Source: Trueperaceae bacterium
GTDB lineage: Bacteria; Deinococcota; Deinococci; Deinococcales; Trueperaceae
Assembly (NCBI GenBank): GCA_034520945.1
Contig: JAXHNB010000002.1
Location: 224,001 to 288,000 of the forward strand
Reading direction: 5' to 3'
Length of the DNA: 64,000 nt
Positions 11,857 to 21,931 of this stretch are shown one piece after another (position 1 is the first letter of the stretch; the number at the start of each line of letters is the position of its first letter). Made by a program: the position numbers and the translations under genes. The notes below the pieces were generated by a model, which did not search any database, had not been told where the DNA came from, and saw only the letters and a program-made list of their open reading frames with translations.

Positions 11857-13121
11857 GCGACCTGCTGTCGCGCTTGCGGGCCCTCCGTGGCGATCCGGCC
11901 CAGCCCGAGGCCGCCGATCCGTCGCAGGCCGAGGTCGATGTGGGCTTCGAGGGGGCGGCCGCCCAACTGGCGGCCACCGTGGCGACCCGCGAGACCGGCG
12001 TGCACCTGTGGCGCCGCGCCACCCCGACGTGGCGCCACGGCGACGCCCCCGTGGGCGACGCCGGGCTCGGGCCGCTGCTGCGGCGCTGGGCCGAAGCGAC
12101 GCGGGCGCGCGCGGGGCGCGCCGCGTCGGGCTCGCCGGCCTCGCGCCACGAAGGGGCCGCTCCCGAGGCGCCCGAGCCGACCCGCGGTTCTGTCCCTCGG
12201 CCCGAGCGGGTCCTGTACCTCGATACCGAGACCACGGGCCTGGCTGGCGGGACCGGCACGTACGCCTTCCTCGTCGGCATCGGCGTGCACGACACGGACG
12301 GGTTCTCGGTCACCCAACTGTTCATGCCGGGCCCCCAACACGAACCGGCCCTGCTGGACGCGGTCGAGCACGCGAGTCGCGGCGCGGACGCTGTCGTGAC
12401 GTACAACGGCGCCGGCTTCGACCTGCCGCTGCTGCGCAACCGCTTCTTGCTCCACGGCCGTGAGGACCCGTTCGCGCACGCGCTGCAGCTGGACCTGCTG
12501 CCGTTGGCACGCCGCCTGTGGCGGGAGCGCCTGGTGGACTGCACGCTGGGCACCGTCGAGCGCGAGATCCTGGGGGCGCGCCGCGACCACCGGGACGTCC
12601 CGGGCGCCGAGGTGCCCGCGCGCTACGCCGCCTTCCTGCGCAGCCGCGACGCGCGGCCGTTGCGTGGCGTCCTCCGTCACAACCAGGACGACGTCGTCGC
12701 GCTGGCGGCCATGCGCGCCCGCCTGGACGACCTGTTGGCGTCCCGCCGCCCCGCTGCGCCCGACGAGGCGTACGCGCTGGGCCGCCTGTTGGCCCGGATC
12801 GGCGAGGAGGCCCTGGCCCTGCAGCACTTTCGAAGCGTTGCGGCGCAGCGGGCGGATGCAGCCTGGGAGGCGTCGCTGCTGCTGCGGCGGACCGGCCGGC
12901 GCGAGGCCGCAAGGGAGGCGTGGCAGGCGCTGGCCCAGCGGGGCCACGCCGACGCCTGGGTCGCGTTGGCCAAGGACGCCGAGCACCGCACCCGCGATCT
13001 TCATGGGGCCCTCGCGGCCGTCCAAGCGGCCCGATGCTGCGACGGGCCCTGCCGCGACGACCTGGACAAGCGCGAGGCCCGCCTTCGCGCGCGCCTCCGG
13101 GTACGAGGCGAGATGGCCTAG
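11853..13121 (+). CDS. MrfB/YprB-like RNase H-fold DEDD exonuclease with TPR-like C-terminus
   Basis: YLDTETTGLAGGTGT, TYNGAGFDLP, HNQDD; ATG overlaps the helicase stop (ATGA). Confidence 0.88.
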   Translation: MSDLLSRLRALRGDPAQPEAADPSQAEVDVGFEGAAAQLAATVATRETGVHLWRRATPTWRHGDAPVGDAGLGPLLRRWAEATRARAGRAASGSPASRHEGAAPEAPEPTRGSVPRPERVLYLDTETTGLAGGTGTYAFLVGIGVHDTDGFSVTQLFMPGPQHEPALLDAVEHASRGADAVVTYNGAGFDLPLLRNRFLLHGREDPFAHALQLDLLPLARRLWRERLVDCTLGTVEREILGARRDHRDVPGAEVPARYAAFLRSRDARPLRGVLRHNQDDVVALAAMRARLDDLLASRRPAAPDEAYALGRLLARIGEEALALQHFRSVAAQRADAAWEASLLLRRTGRREAAREAWQALAQRGHADAWVALAKDAEHRTRDLHGALAAVQAARCCDGPCRDDLDKREARLRARLRVRGEMA

Positions 13122-13127
13122 GCGGAA

Positions 13128-13706
13128 TCACGGCGCCGCCCCCGCCTCCAGCCAGAACGTGCCGCCGCACCCGCGGTGCCGGTAGGCGCCGGGCGCGTGC
13201 TTGGGCCGCCGGTACAGGCCGACCCGCGTTCCGCAGCGGCGGCACACCAGCACGTGGCGGGGCGGCGCGACGGGATCGCTGCTGCACGTCGCGCGTGGTT
13301 CCGCCCCGACCTCGCGCGCGACCGACCGCCACAACGGTCCGTGGTTCATGGCGCGCCGGCCGTAGCGGGCGTAGGCGACCGCGTGCGCGATCTCGTGGAG
13401 GAGGGTCGCGGAGATCCGCGCGTCGTCCCCGTTCTGCACCAGGTAGCGGCTGAGGCGCACCGTACCCGTGCGCGCCCCCGCCACCACGCGGGTCGTGCCG
13501 AGGGTTCGTTTGCCGCGGCCGAAACCGAACGCCCAGTCGTCCAGCCCATGGTGCAGCATCCGCTCGGCCGCCGCGACCTCGACGCGGCCGAAGGCCGGTC
13601 CGGGCGGCCGGGGCCGAAGCAGGTACACGACGCGGTCGCCATCCCTGAACGGCAGGGGCTGGCGGCTGGTGGGGCCGAGGTCCGCAGGCGGCCTTGAGAC
13701 GCTCAT
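13128..13706 (-). CDS. SprT-like zinc metalloprotease
   Basis: TLLHEIAH..HGPLW and C-terminal CRRC...HRGCG zinc ribbon; TAGCCT-N7-ATG. Confidence 0.85.
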   Translation of the reverse strand: MSVSRPPADLGPTSRQPLPFRDGDRVVYLLRPRPPGPAFGRVEVAAAERMLHHGLDDWAFGFGRGKRTLGTTRVVAGARTGTVRLSRYLVQNGDDARISATLLHEIAHAVAYARYGRRAMNHGPLWRSVAREVGAEPRATCSSDPVAPPRHVLVCRRCGTRVGLYRRPKHAPGAYRHRGCGGTFWLEAGAAP

Positions 13707-13909
13707 GCCGTGGAGGCTACCGCGGGGGCCGCGGGCGGGCGCTGGGCGCCGGGGGGATCGCCGAGACGGACCGCCTGCACCGCCGGTGCCCCCTTGGTCG
13801 CGGGCGCTTCGGATGCGGCAGATGCCGTGCGTGTCGACGCGATCCGCCCAGCACGCCGACACGCCACGCCCCTTCGCGCCTATACTCTGCCCAAGCGGGA
13901 GGAGATGCC

Positions 13910-14818
13910 ATGGCCCCACGACCCGACCCCCCTGACAGCGAGGACGCGCGCGCACTGGAGGAGGCCGCCGCCCAGCTCGAAGCGCACCCCGACTACCGCG
14001 TCCTGCGTCGCTTGCCGGACGATCCAAGGTCCGACGGGCACGGCACCCCCGGAAGGTACGGGTTGTTCGTCGACGTCGAGACCACCGGCTTCGACGCGTC
14101 ACGGGAGGCGGTCATCGAGCTGGCCATGGTGCTCTTCGGCTACGACGCCCAGGGGCGCGTGACGGGCATCGAAGCGCGATTCGACCAGTTGGAGGACCCC
14201 GGCCGCCCCATTCCGAGTGAAATCACCGAGCTGACCGGCATCACGGACGAGGACGTTCGCGGGGCCCGCATCGACGACGGCGACGTGGCGGACCTCGTCG
14301 GACGCGCCCACCTGGTCATCGCGCACAACGCCCCGTTCGACCGCGCGTTCCTCGAGCGGCGCTTCCCCGTGTTCGCGCAGCAACCGTGGGCGTGCAGCGC
14401 CGTCGACGTGAACTGGCGAGGCGAGGGGCTCGAGAGCCGCAAGTTGGAGTACCTCGCCTTCCGCTTCGGCATCTTCTACGAGGCGCATCGGGCTGTCACC
14501 GACTGCGTTGCCGGCGTCCACGTGCTCAGCCGCGAGCTGCCCCGCAGCGGCGTGCCGGCCTTGTCGCGCCTGTTGGCCTCGGCCCGCCGGAAGGACGTCC
14601 GGTTCGACGCCCTCGGCTCGCCGTTCGAGACCAAGGACGCGCTCAAGGCGCGCGGGTACCGCTGGAACGCCGCCGAGCGGTACTGGTGGAAGGAGGTCCC
14701 CGAGGAGGAGGCCGACGCCGAGCGGTCCTGGCTCTCGGCCAACGTGTACGACGGGCGGAGCCGCGCGCGCGAGTCGGTCGTCACCGCCTACGAGCGGTAC
14801 GCCACGCGCCCGGCCTGA
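13910..14818 (+). CDS. DnaQ-like DEDDh 3'-5' exonuclease
   Basis: VDVETTG, AHNAPFD, HRAVTDC; C-terminal FETKDALKARGYRW; SD GGAGGAG. Confidence 0.88.
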   Translation: MAPRPDPPDSEDARALEEAAAQLEAHPDYRVLRRLPDDPRSDGHGTPGRYGLFVDVETTGFDASREAVIELAMVLFGYDAQGRVTGIEARFDQLEDPGRPIPSEITELTGITDEDVRGARIDDGDVADLVGRAHLVIAHNAPFDRAFLERRFPVFAQQPWACSAVDVNWRGEGLESRKLEYLAFRFGIFYEAHRAVTDCVAGVHVLSRELPRSGVPALSRLLASARRKDVRFDALGSPFETKDALKARGYRWNAAERYWWKEVPEEEADAERSWLSANVYDGRSRARESVVTAYERYATRPA

Positions 14819-14834
14819 CGCCAGGCACGACCGA

Positions 14835-14862
14835 GCGGCGCGTCCCCGCGGGGACGCGCCGC
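14835..14862. terminator. Perfect 28-bp GC-rich palindrome, probable terminator hairpin
   Basis: gcggcgcgtccccgcggggacgcgccgc is its own reverse complement; lies just after the exonuclease stop. Confidence 0.55.
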
Positions 14863-14932
14863 GTTCCCCTCCAACGCCGGGACGGGTGTGATAACCTTCG
14901 CAAAACCCCGGCTTGAGCTAGGGAGGTCGTGC

Positions 14933-16015
14933 ATGGAAGAGGAACGGGTCCGGTACCCCAGCGGACGCACCGGAGAGCGAAACGTACACCGTGTCGGCCT
15001 GACGCGGCACTGCATAACCTCCGGTACGATCCAACTTCCCTTCGCCCTCAAGGACGCCTTTCCTGAGGGCGAATTCGTTGCGCACGACGTGCATCGCGAC
15101 CAGGCCATCACCCTCGACTTCGAACCTCCAAGGCGCCTGCACGGCCTCCGCGACCTGTTCGAAGCCCACGAACTCCACGTGAACGATCTGCTGGAGATCC
15201 GCGTCGAAGCCGACACCGTTCGCCTCGCCGCGGTGCAGCTCGCCCGCTACGACGCCCGTTCCCGCGACGACCAGGCAGCCGCCGTCCGGCCCTCGCGCAC
15301 CGCCGACCCGCACCGAGCCGCGCGCCCACGCCACCCCGAGGCCCGGGCCGAGCCCGATGCCTCCCACCTGGGGGACGACGTCGTCGATCGCTTCGGAAGC
15401 GTCACCGTGCGGCGACTCGGCGCGGGCACGGCCCGCCCGCCGGCGGCGGAGACCCTGAGCGACGACGCCCCGCGCGCCGAACGCCCCGAGGAGCCCTCCG
15501 CTCTGCAGGCGCCCAACGACGACCGATCGGTGCAGGAGTCCGCGCCCGTGGAGCTTTACGAGCCCGCCGCGGCGCCCGAACGGGACGCGGGCCCCCTGCC
15601 CCCGGCGTCCTCGCCGTCGCGGCCCTCGGGTGCGCCGGAGGTGGCGCAGGCGTCCCATCGCACCGCCCCGCAGGCCGCGCCCGCCGAGGCCGGGGAGGCA
15701 CGCGTCACGCCCCATGACCTGGCCGAACCCGAGGCCGACGACGCGCAGGCCGAGGACGGCGACAAGCGCCTTCGCGAAGAGTCGTTGAGCCGCGCGGGCG
15801 ACCTGCGGAGTCGCATCGTGCGCTGGCTCCTCGACCCGTCCACGCCGGTCATCGTCCAGTACCAGCACGTCATGCATGCCTTCGATCTTCCGCGCGAGGT
15901 CGTGCACGACGTCATGGCCGGCATCATCGAAGAGCCCCCGCCCACCCTTCGCCTGGCCGAGCTGCGCGAGGGCATGTTCCGCGTCTCGAAGGTCACGGTG
16001 GAACAGGAGGCCTGA
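14933..16015 (+). CDS. Hypothetical protein (globular N- and C-terminal domains, low-complexity linker)
   Basis: SD GGAGG before ATG 14933; coding-like codon use; no family recognised. Confidence 0.7.
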   Translation: MEEERVRYPSGRTGERNVHRVGLTRHCITSGTIQLPFALKDAFPEGEFVAHDVHRDQAITLDFEPPRRLHGLRDLFEAHELHVNDLLEIRVEADTVRLAAVQLARYDARSRDDQAAAVRPSRTADPHRAARPRHPEARAEPDASHLGDDVVDRFGSVTVRRLGAGTARPPAAETLSDDAPRAERPEEPSALQAPNDDRSVQESAPVELYEPAAAPERDAGPLPPASSPSRPSGAPEVAQASHRTAPQAAPAEAGEARVTPHDLAEPEADDAQAEDGDKRLREESLSRAGDLRSRIVRWLLDPSTPVIVQYQHVMHAFDLPREVVHDVMAGIIEEPPPTLRLAELREGMFRVSKVTVEQEA

Positions 16016-16049
16016 GCCTGCGGCCCCTGCCCGAGCGGGCGGTCCTTGC

Positions 16050-17564
16050 TCAGGACGAGCCGCGCGTGCCGAACCATTCGGCGGGCGCGGGGTCGAGGTT
16101 CCAGTAGAGGTGCTTCTCCTCCTGGTACTCGCGGAGGCCGGCGCGTCCCAGCTCGCGGCCGATGCCGCTCTGTTTGAAGCCGCCCCAGGGCGCTTCGGGG
16201 TAGTAGGGGTGGAAGTCGTTGATCCACACCGTCCCGAAGGGGAGGCGGCGCGCCATGCGGACGGCGCGCGTGGCGTCTCGCGTGAACACGCCGGCGGCCA
16301 GGCCGGTCGGGGTGTCGGAGGCCAGTCGGACCGCCTCAAAGTCGTCCGCGAACGTCTCCACGGTGAGGACGGGACCGAAGATCTCCTCGCGCGCGACGCG
16401 GCCGTCGTGCGGCAGGCCGGTCAGGACGGTGGGTTCCAGGAAGGTCCCGTCCGCGAAGCGGGGGTCGGTCGGGCGGCCGCCGCCGAGGACCAGTTCGGCG
16501 CCTTCCTCCTGTGCCAAGCGGACGTAGCCTTCGACCTTGTCGCGGTGCTCGGCGGAGATCACGGGCCCCATCTCGGTCTCATTCTCCCAGCCGAAGCCCA
16601 TCCGGATGCGGCGGGCGCGGTCCAGGATCCGCTCGACCAGCGCGCCTTGCAGGTCCTCGTGCACCAACAGGCGCGAGCCGGCCGAGCACACCTGGCCGGC
16701 GTGGTAGTAGACGGCGTTCAGCGCGTGGTCGGTGGCCAGGTCGAGGTCGGCGTCTTCGAGGACGACGTTGGGGTTCTTGCCACCCAACTCCAGTGCGATC
16801 CGGGTGACGTGCTGCGAGGCGGCGGCGGCGATCCGCCGGCCCGTGACGATGCCGCCCGTGAACGAGATCAGGTCGACGCGTGGGTCTTCGGTCATGGCCG
16901 CGCCGACGGTGCCGCCGGCGCCGGTGACGACGTTGGCCACACCGGCGGGGAGACCCGCCTCCTCCAGCATTTCGCCGAAGCGAAGCGTGCTGAGGGGCGT
17001 GAGTTCGCTGGGTTTGAGTACGAAGGTGCAGCCGGCGGCCAGGGCAGGCGCGATCTTCCACGACGCCTGCAGCAGGGGGTAGTTCCAGGGGGTGATCATG
17101 GCGACCACGCCGAGGGGTTCGTGCATGGTCAGGCTGAGCGCGTCGGTGGGGACGGGGTTCACGTCCCCGCGCGAGGTGCGGATTTCGGCGGCGTAGTAGC
17201 GGAACACCTGCGCGATCTGGTCCATGTCGGCGCGGCTCTCGATCAGCGTCTTGCCGGTGTCCAGCGTCTCGAGCCACGCGAGCTCGTCGGTCTGCTGCTC
17301 GATGGCGTCGGCGACCCGTTCCAACAGGCGGGCGCGGGTCTGGACGGGCGTGGTCGGCCAGGGGCCGTCGTCGAACGCGCGGCGCGCGGCGCGGAGGGCG
17401 GCGTCGACGTCGTGGGCGTCGGCTTCGGGCACCTTTAAAAGTGTGCGGCCGGTGGCCGGATCGAGGGTCGGGCGCGTCTGGCCCTGCTCGGCCGGGAGAA
17501 ACTGGCCGTCGATCTGGAGGGCGGCCTGGGGAAGGCGGGGGGCGGTGGGTCCGTCGGTGGGCAT
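16050..17564 (-). CDS. Aldehyde dehydrogenase (betaine/aminoaldehyde dehydrogenase-like)
   Basis: ITPWNYP, KPSELTP, FTGG, LELGGKNP, AGQVCSAGSR, EEIFGP. Confidence 0.92.
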   Translation of the reverse strand: MPTDGPTAPRLPQAALQIDGQFLPAEQGQTRPTLDPATGRTLLKVPEADAHDVDAALRAARRAFDDGPWPTTPVQTRARLLERVADAIEQQTDELAWLETLDTGKTLIESRADMDQIAQVFRYYAAEIRTSRGDVNPVPTDALSLTMHEPLGVVAMITPWNYPLLQASWKIAPALAAGCTFVLKPSELTPLSTLRFGEMLEEAGLPAGVANVVTGAGGTVGAAMTEDPRVDLISFTGGIVTGRRIAAAASQHVTRIALELGGKNPNVVLEDADLDLATDHALNAVYYHAGQVCSAGSRLLVHEDLQGALVERILDRARRIRMGFGWENETEMGPVISAEHRDKVEGYVRLAQEEGAELVLGGGRPTDPRFADGTFLEPTVLTGLPHDGRVAREEIFGPVLTVETFADDFEAVRLASDTPTGLAAGVFTRDATRAVRMARRLPFGTVWINDFHPYYPEAPWGGFKQSGIGRELGRAGLREYQEEKHLYWNLDPAPAEWFGTRGSS

Positions 17565-17613
17565 GGGGCCTCCTTGCGTCGGACGGGGGCGGGTCCGCGG
17601 GTGCGCGGGTGCG

Positions 17614-18273
17614 TCAGGGGCCGGGCAGCAGGTCCGACAGGGACGTCACGACGTGTGGCGTGAGCTCGCGGAAGGCCGTGGCGGGAAGGTCGCCGAAGGT
17701 GACGGCGACGCAGGTCGCGCCGGCGCGAACGCCGGCGGTGGCGCCTGCGACGCTGTCCTCGATGACCAGGCATCGTGATGGCCGGACCGCCAAGCGTTCG
17801 GCCGCGGCCAGGTAGACGTCCGGATGCGGTTTTCCGTGCGCCACGTCGTCGACCGAGACCCGCAGCGGAACCTGCGTGGCCCAGACGTGCGGCGTCAGCG
17901 TCGCACGGATCGAGGCGTGGGGGCTGTTGGACACGATGGCGCGCGGCAGGTCCGCCTGCGCGACGTGGCGCACCAGGGCGTCGGCGCCGGGGCGTGCGGC
18001 GGCGTGCGCCAGGTGCGCGATGACGGTGTCCTGCAGTTCATGCAGGAACGCGACCGGGTCGGCGCGCAACCCGTACCGGTCGCGGAGGGTGGTGATCAAG
18101 CCGCGGGCGTCCAGGCCGTGCAGCACGTCGCGCGCCTCGAGCGGCAGGGTGACGCCGTGCGCGGCGGCCAGTTCGCGTTCGGCGTCGAACCAGGCCCCTT
18201 CGGTGTCGACGAGGGTGCCGTCCATGTCGAACAGCACCGCGTCGAAGGAGCTGGGGTCCGGCGTGGCCGTCAT
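17614..18273 (-). CDS. HAD-family phosphatase
   Basis: FDMDGTLVD, VSNS, GKPHPD, IEDS motifs. Confidence 0.9.
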   Translation of the reverse strand: MTATPDPSSFDAVLFDMDGTLVDTEGAWFDAERELAAAHGVTLPLEARDVLHGLDARGLITTLRDRYGLRADPVAFLHELQDTVIAHLAHAAARPGADALVRHVAQADLPRAIVSNSPHASIRATLTPHVWATQVPLRVSVDDVAHGKPHPDVYLAAAERLAVRPSRCLVIEDSVAGATAGVRAGATCVAVTFGDLPATAFRELTPHVVTSLSDLLPGP

Positions 18274-19199
18274 CCCTCGCCGGAGCGCGGGTCGATGGCG
18301 TCCCGAAGCCAATCGCCCAACATGTTGATGCCGAGGGTGGTCACGGCGATCGCCAGGCCGGGGAAGATCGCCAGCCACGGGTGCGTCGTCAGGAAGCGGC
18401 GGCCGAGCGCGAGCATGTTGCCCCAACTGGGGACCTCGGGCGGGACGCTCAGCCCCAGGAAGCCGAGGCCGGCCTCGTAGAAGATCATGGCGGAGGTCTC
18501 GAAGGTGGCGAGCGTCGCCAGCGGGCCGATCAGGTTGGGGACCAGATGCCTGGGGATGATGCGGCTGGCGCGCGCGCCCAGCCCCTGCGCCGCTTCGACG
18601 TAGGCGAGGCGTTTGAGCCTGAGCACCTCGCCGCGGGCGACGCGGATGAACACGGGACTGCTGGTCACCCCGAACAACAGGATCACGTTCAGCAGGCTGC
18701 GGCCCAGGATGGTGGCGACGACGATGACCAGCACCAGGTAGGGGATCGACAGCAGCAGGTTCATGAACGAAGTGACGATGGTGTCCAGCCATCCGCCGAA
18801 GTAGCCCGCCAGCATGCCGAGGGTCACGCCGATGGCCAGCGAGAGCGTGACGCCGAGGACGCCGACGAGGAGCGACACGCGGGCGCCGTACACGATGCGG
18901 CTGAACTGGTCCTGGCCCAGCTGGTCGGTGCCCAGGATGTGTTCGGCGGTGCCCTCGGCGTGCCACATGGGAGGAAGCCGGGCCGCCATGAAGTCGCCCT
19001 CGCCGGGCGCGAAGGGGGCGACCCAGGGCGCGAACACCGCGGAGCCGGTGACCAGCAGGACCAGGAACAGGCCGAACAGCCCCGAAGGGCTCCGGCGCAG
19101 GTCGCGGAACAGGCGGCGCGGATGGAACAGGCCCTCGCCGGCGTGCTCTGCGGCACCGATGGGGTCGCCGGCGTCGCGCCTTGCGTCGGGGCGGCTCAC
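18270..19199 (-). CDS. Peptide/nickel ABC transporter permease (DppC/OppC-type)
   Basis: HILGTDQLGQD, EAA loop (YVEAAQGLGA), LGFLGLS..PSWG. Confidence 0.92.
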   Translation of the reverse strand: MSRPDARRDAGDPIGAAEHAGEGLFHPRRLFRDLRRSPSGLFGLFLVLLVTGSAVFAPWVAPFAPGEGDFMAARLPPMWHAEGTAEHILGTDQLGQDQFSRIVYGARVSLLVGVLGVTLSLAIGVTLGMLAGYFGGWLDTIVTSFMNLLLSIPYLVLVIVVATILGRSLLNVILLFGVTSSPVFIRVARGEVLRLKRLAYVEAAQGLGARASRIIPRHLVPNLIGPLATLATFETSAMIFYEAGLGFLGLSVPPEVPSWGNMLALGRRFLTTHPWLAIFPGLAIAVTTLGINMLGDWLRDAIDPRSGEG

Positions 19200-20113
19200 G
19201 ATAGCCTCAGGCGCGGGTCGAGAAGCCCGTACGCCACGTCGGTGAGGAGGTGGATCGAGATCGCGAACAGCGAGATGAAGATCGTGATCGCCTGCACCAG
19301 CGGGAAGTCGCTGTCACGGATGGCGCCTTCCAGCAGCGTGCCCAGGCCGGGCCAGGCGAACACCACCTCGATGTAGACCGAGCCGCCCAGCAGGTAGGTG
19401 AACTGAATGCCGATCACGCTGACGATGGGGATGGCGACGTTGGGCAGCACGTGCTTGAACGACACCAGCCTGCTGGGCACGCCCTTGCTGAGGGCGGTGC
19501 GGATGTAGTCGCTCTTGCGCACCTCGAGCACGGCGGAGCGGGTGAGGCGCACCAACTGCCCCATCCCCGCGAAGCCGAGGGAGACCGCCGGAAGGACCAC
19601 GGAGATGGGCGCGTCCCGGCCGAAGGCGGGGAACCAGCCCAGCTCGACCGCGAAGAACACGATCAGGATCATCCCCAGCCAGAAGTTCGGGATGGTCTGA
19701 CCGGCCAGCCCCACGCCCCGCGCCAGGGCGTCGAGCGAGGAGCCGGGCCGCATGCCGCCGGCCAGGCCGAGGGGAATGGCGACCAGCATCGCGAACGCCA
19801 GCGCGGCGGTGGCCAGTTGCAGGGTCGCGGGCAGGCGTTCGTTGATGATGGCGAGGTTCGGCCGGCGCTGGCGCAGCGAGTCACCCAGGTCGCCCTGGAA
19901 CACGCCGCCCATGTAGTCCACGAACTGGACCGGCAGCGGTCGGTCCAGGCCGAGCGCTTGCGCGAAGGCTTCGCGTTGCTCCGGGGGCGCTTCCTTGGGG
20001 ATCATCAGGCTGACGGGGTCTCCGGTGAGTCGCACCATGAAGAACACCAGGATGAGCACGCCCAGCATCAACAGGACGGACTCGCCGGTGCGGCGGATCA
20101 GGTAGCGGGTCAT
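19196..20113 (-). CDS. Peptide/nickel ABC transporter permease (DppB/OppB-type)
   Basis: GLDRPLPVQF, GDLGDS, PNFWLG, YIRTALSKG, IEVVFAWPGLG. Confidence 0.92.
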   Translation of the reverse strand: MTRYLIRRTGESVLLMLGVLILVFFMVRLTGDPVSLMIPKEAPPEQREAFAQALGLDRPLPVQFVDYMGGVFQGDLGDSLRQRRPNLAIINERLPATLQLATAALAFAMLVAIPLGLAGGMRPGSSLDALARGVGLAGQTIPNFWLGMILIVFFAVELGWFPAFGRDAPISVVLPAVSLGFAGMGQLVRLTRSAVLEVRKSDYIRTALSKGVPSRLVSFKHVLPNVAIPIVSVIGIQFTYLLGGSVYIEVVFAWPGLGTLLEGAIRDSDFPLVQAITIFISLFAISIHLLTDVAYGLLDPRLRLS

Positions 20114-20151
20114 GGGTTCGAGACCGTGAACATGATCATGAACAAGATAGG

Positions 20152-20178
20152 TCGGTCCGGGCGGAGCGCCCGGACCGA
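20152..20178. terminator. Stem-loop between the binding-protein and permease genes
   Basis: tcggtccgggcg-gag-cgcccggaccga, 12-bp stem. Confidence 0.5.
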
Positions 20179-20185
20179 AGCGGGA

Positions 20186-21714
20186 TCAGTCGGCGAAGCC
20201 GACGTCACGCAGGTAGTACTCCTCGGCCGGACGGGGGTTATAGCCCTCCACGTCCTCGTTCACGGCCTCGAAGATGACGGGCTGGTAGAGGTAGATGAAC
20301 GGGGGATCCTCGCGCATGAGGTCGTGCATCTCCTGGTACAGCTCGGCGCGGGCCTCGCGGTCCACCTCGCTGCTCGATCTCCTGGATCAGCGAGGCTATC
20401 TCCTCGTCCTCCCAGGTGTTGTAGTAGTTCCCGGGCATGAGGGCGCCCTCCAGGCGGGGGTAGGCCTCCCCGAACTCCGAAGACCAGCTGTCGACGTACA
20501 TCGGGCCGGTCACGGCGTAGTTCGGCTCGCTCCAGAAGCTGTTGGTGGTCTGGAAGTCGACCTCGACGTCCACGCCGATCTCGCCGAGGTTGCTGGCGAT
20601 GGCCTGGCACACCTCGTTGATGTTGATGTACCCATCCGCCGGGCAGCCCATGGTGATCTCGAAGCCGTCGGGGTAGCCGGCCTCGGCCAGCAGCTCGCTC
20701 GCGCGCTCGGGATCGTACGGGAACGGCTGCATCGTGTCGGGGTCGTAGCCCAGGTTGCCTTCGACGATGAAGCCGGGGGCAGGGTTCGCCTGGCCGCTGA
20801 AGATCGCCTCGATGATGCCGAAGCGGTCCAGGCCGAAGTTCAGCGCGCGGCGGACGCGGGCGGTTCTCGACCGGGCTGCCCTCACCGGCGCCGATGTTCT
20901 TGAACGCCACGTAGTAGACGCGATCGTTCAGGTAGCTGATCACGTCGACGCCGGGCTCCTCCTCGAGCACCTCGACCTGCTCGGCGGTCAGGCGGTTGGC
21001 GATGTCGATGCCGCCGGTCTGGATGGCCGCCATGCGCGTCGAGGCGTCAGGGATGACGCGGTACTCGAGCCGGTCGACGCGGGGGAGGCCCTCGTCCCAG
21101 TAGTCGTCATTGGCTTCCATCACGATCCGCTCGCCGGCGGTGCGCGACACGAACTCGAAGGGGCCGGTCCCGACCGGGTTCTGCGCGAACTCGTCCAGGC
21201 CCACCTCACGGATGTAGTCGGGCGGCACCATGGCCCAGTCGTTGAACACCAGCGTCAGGAAGGTGGCGTTCGGCTCGGCCGTGGTGATGCGGACGGTGTC
21301 GTCGTCGATCGCCTCGACCGAGTCGGCAACGGTGAACGAACTGGCGTAGTCGTTGCTGTCGTCCGACCCGGTCTCCCAGGTGGCGACGACCGACTCCGCG
21401 TCGAACTCCTCGCCGTTGTGGAAGGTCACGCCCTCGCGCAGCTCGAACACGTACTCGGTGCCGTCGTCCGAGATGGTCCACGAGGTGGCCAGCGACGGCT
21501 GAACCTCGCCGTCCTCGTCGATGAAGATCAGCGAGTCGTACAGCGACCAGGCCGCGTTCGAGGCGGTGCGGTCGGCGGTGCGGGGCATGAACAGCGAGGT
21601 CGGGTCGCTGGACAGCGACACGGTCAGGGTCTCCTCCTCCTGCGCGAATGCGAAGGGCAGGACGAGGAACAGCGCGAGGGCTGCGGCGAACCAGGTCTTC
21701 GTACGTCGAATCAA
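20186..21714 (-). CDS. Family 5 ABC substrate-binding protein, with two apparent +1 frameshifts (about 20864 and 20370)
   Basis: Signal peptide, LREGVTFHNG, PVGTGPF; continues in shifted frames as RVRRALNFGLDR and REARAELYQ..YLYQP; span 1529 nt = 3n+2. Confidence 0.85.
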
Positions 21715-21931
21715 GGGAACTCCTTTGCGAATGGTACGAACGCGTGCTCGGCGCTTGCGCGCCGACCGACGCCGGCACGCCCGCCCGAAATTCGGGGTGG
21801 TGGCGAAGGGCGAAGGAACCTGCGGGTCCGTTCACCGGGCGTGACCGGCGTCGGTACGGACGGAAGACACCTTAGCACGTCGGAGGGGACGGCCGGGCGG
21901 ACCGCCGCAGGCCGGGTGGCGGAAAAGGCCG

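Noticed and set aside
9328..13121. DISARM/Druantia-type defence system (DUF1998 helicase)
   Set aside because: The partner is an MrfB-like exonuclease in a uvrC operon; no methylase, DrmA or PLD genes are nearby
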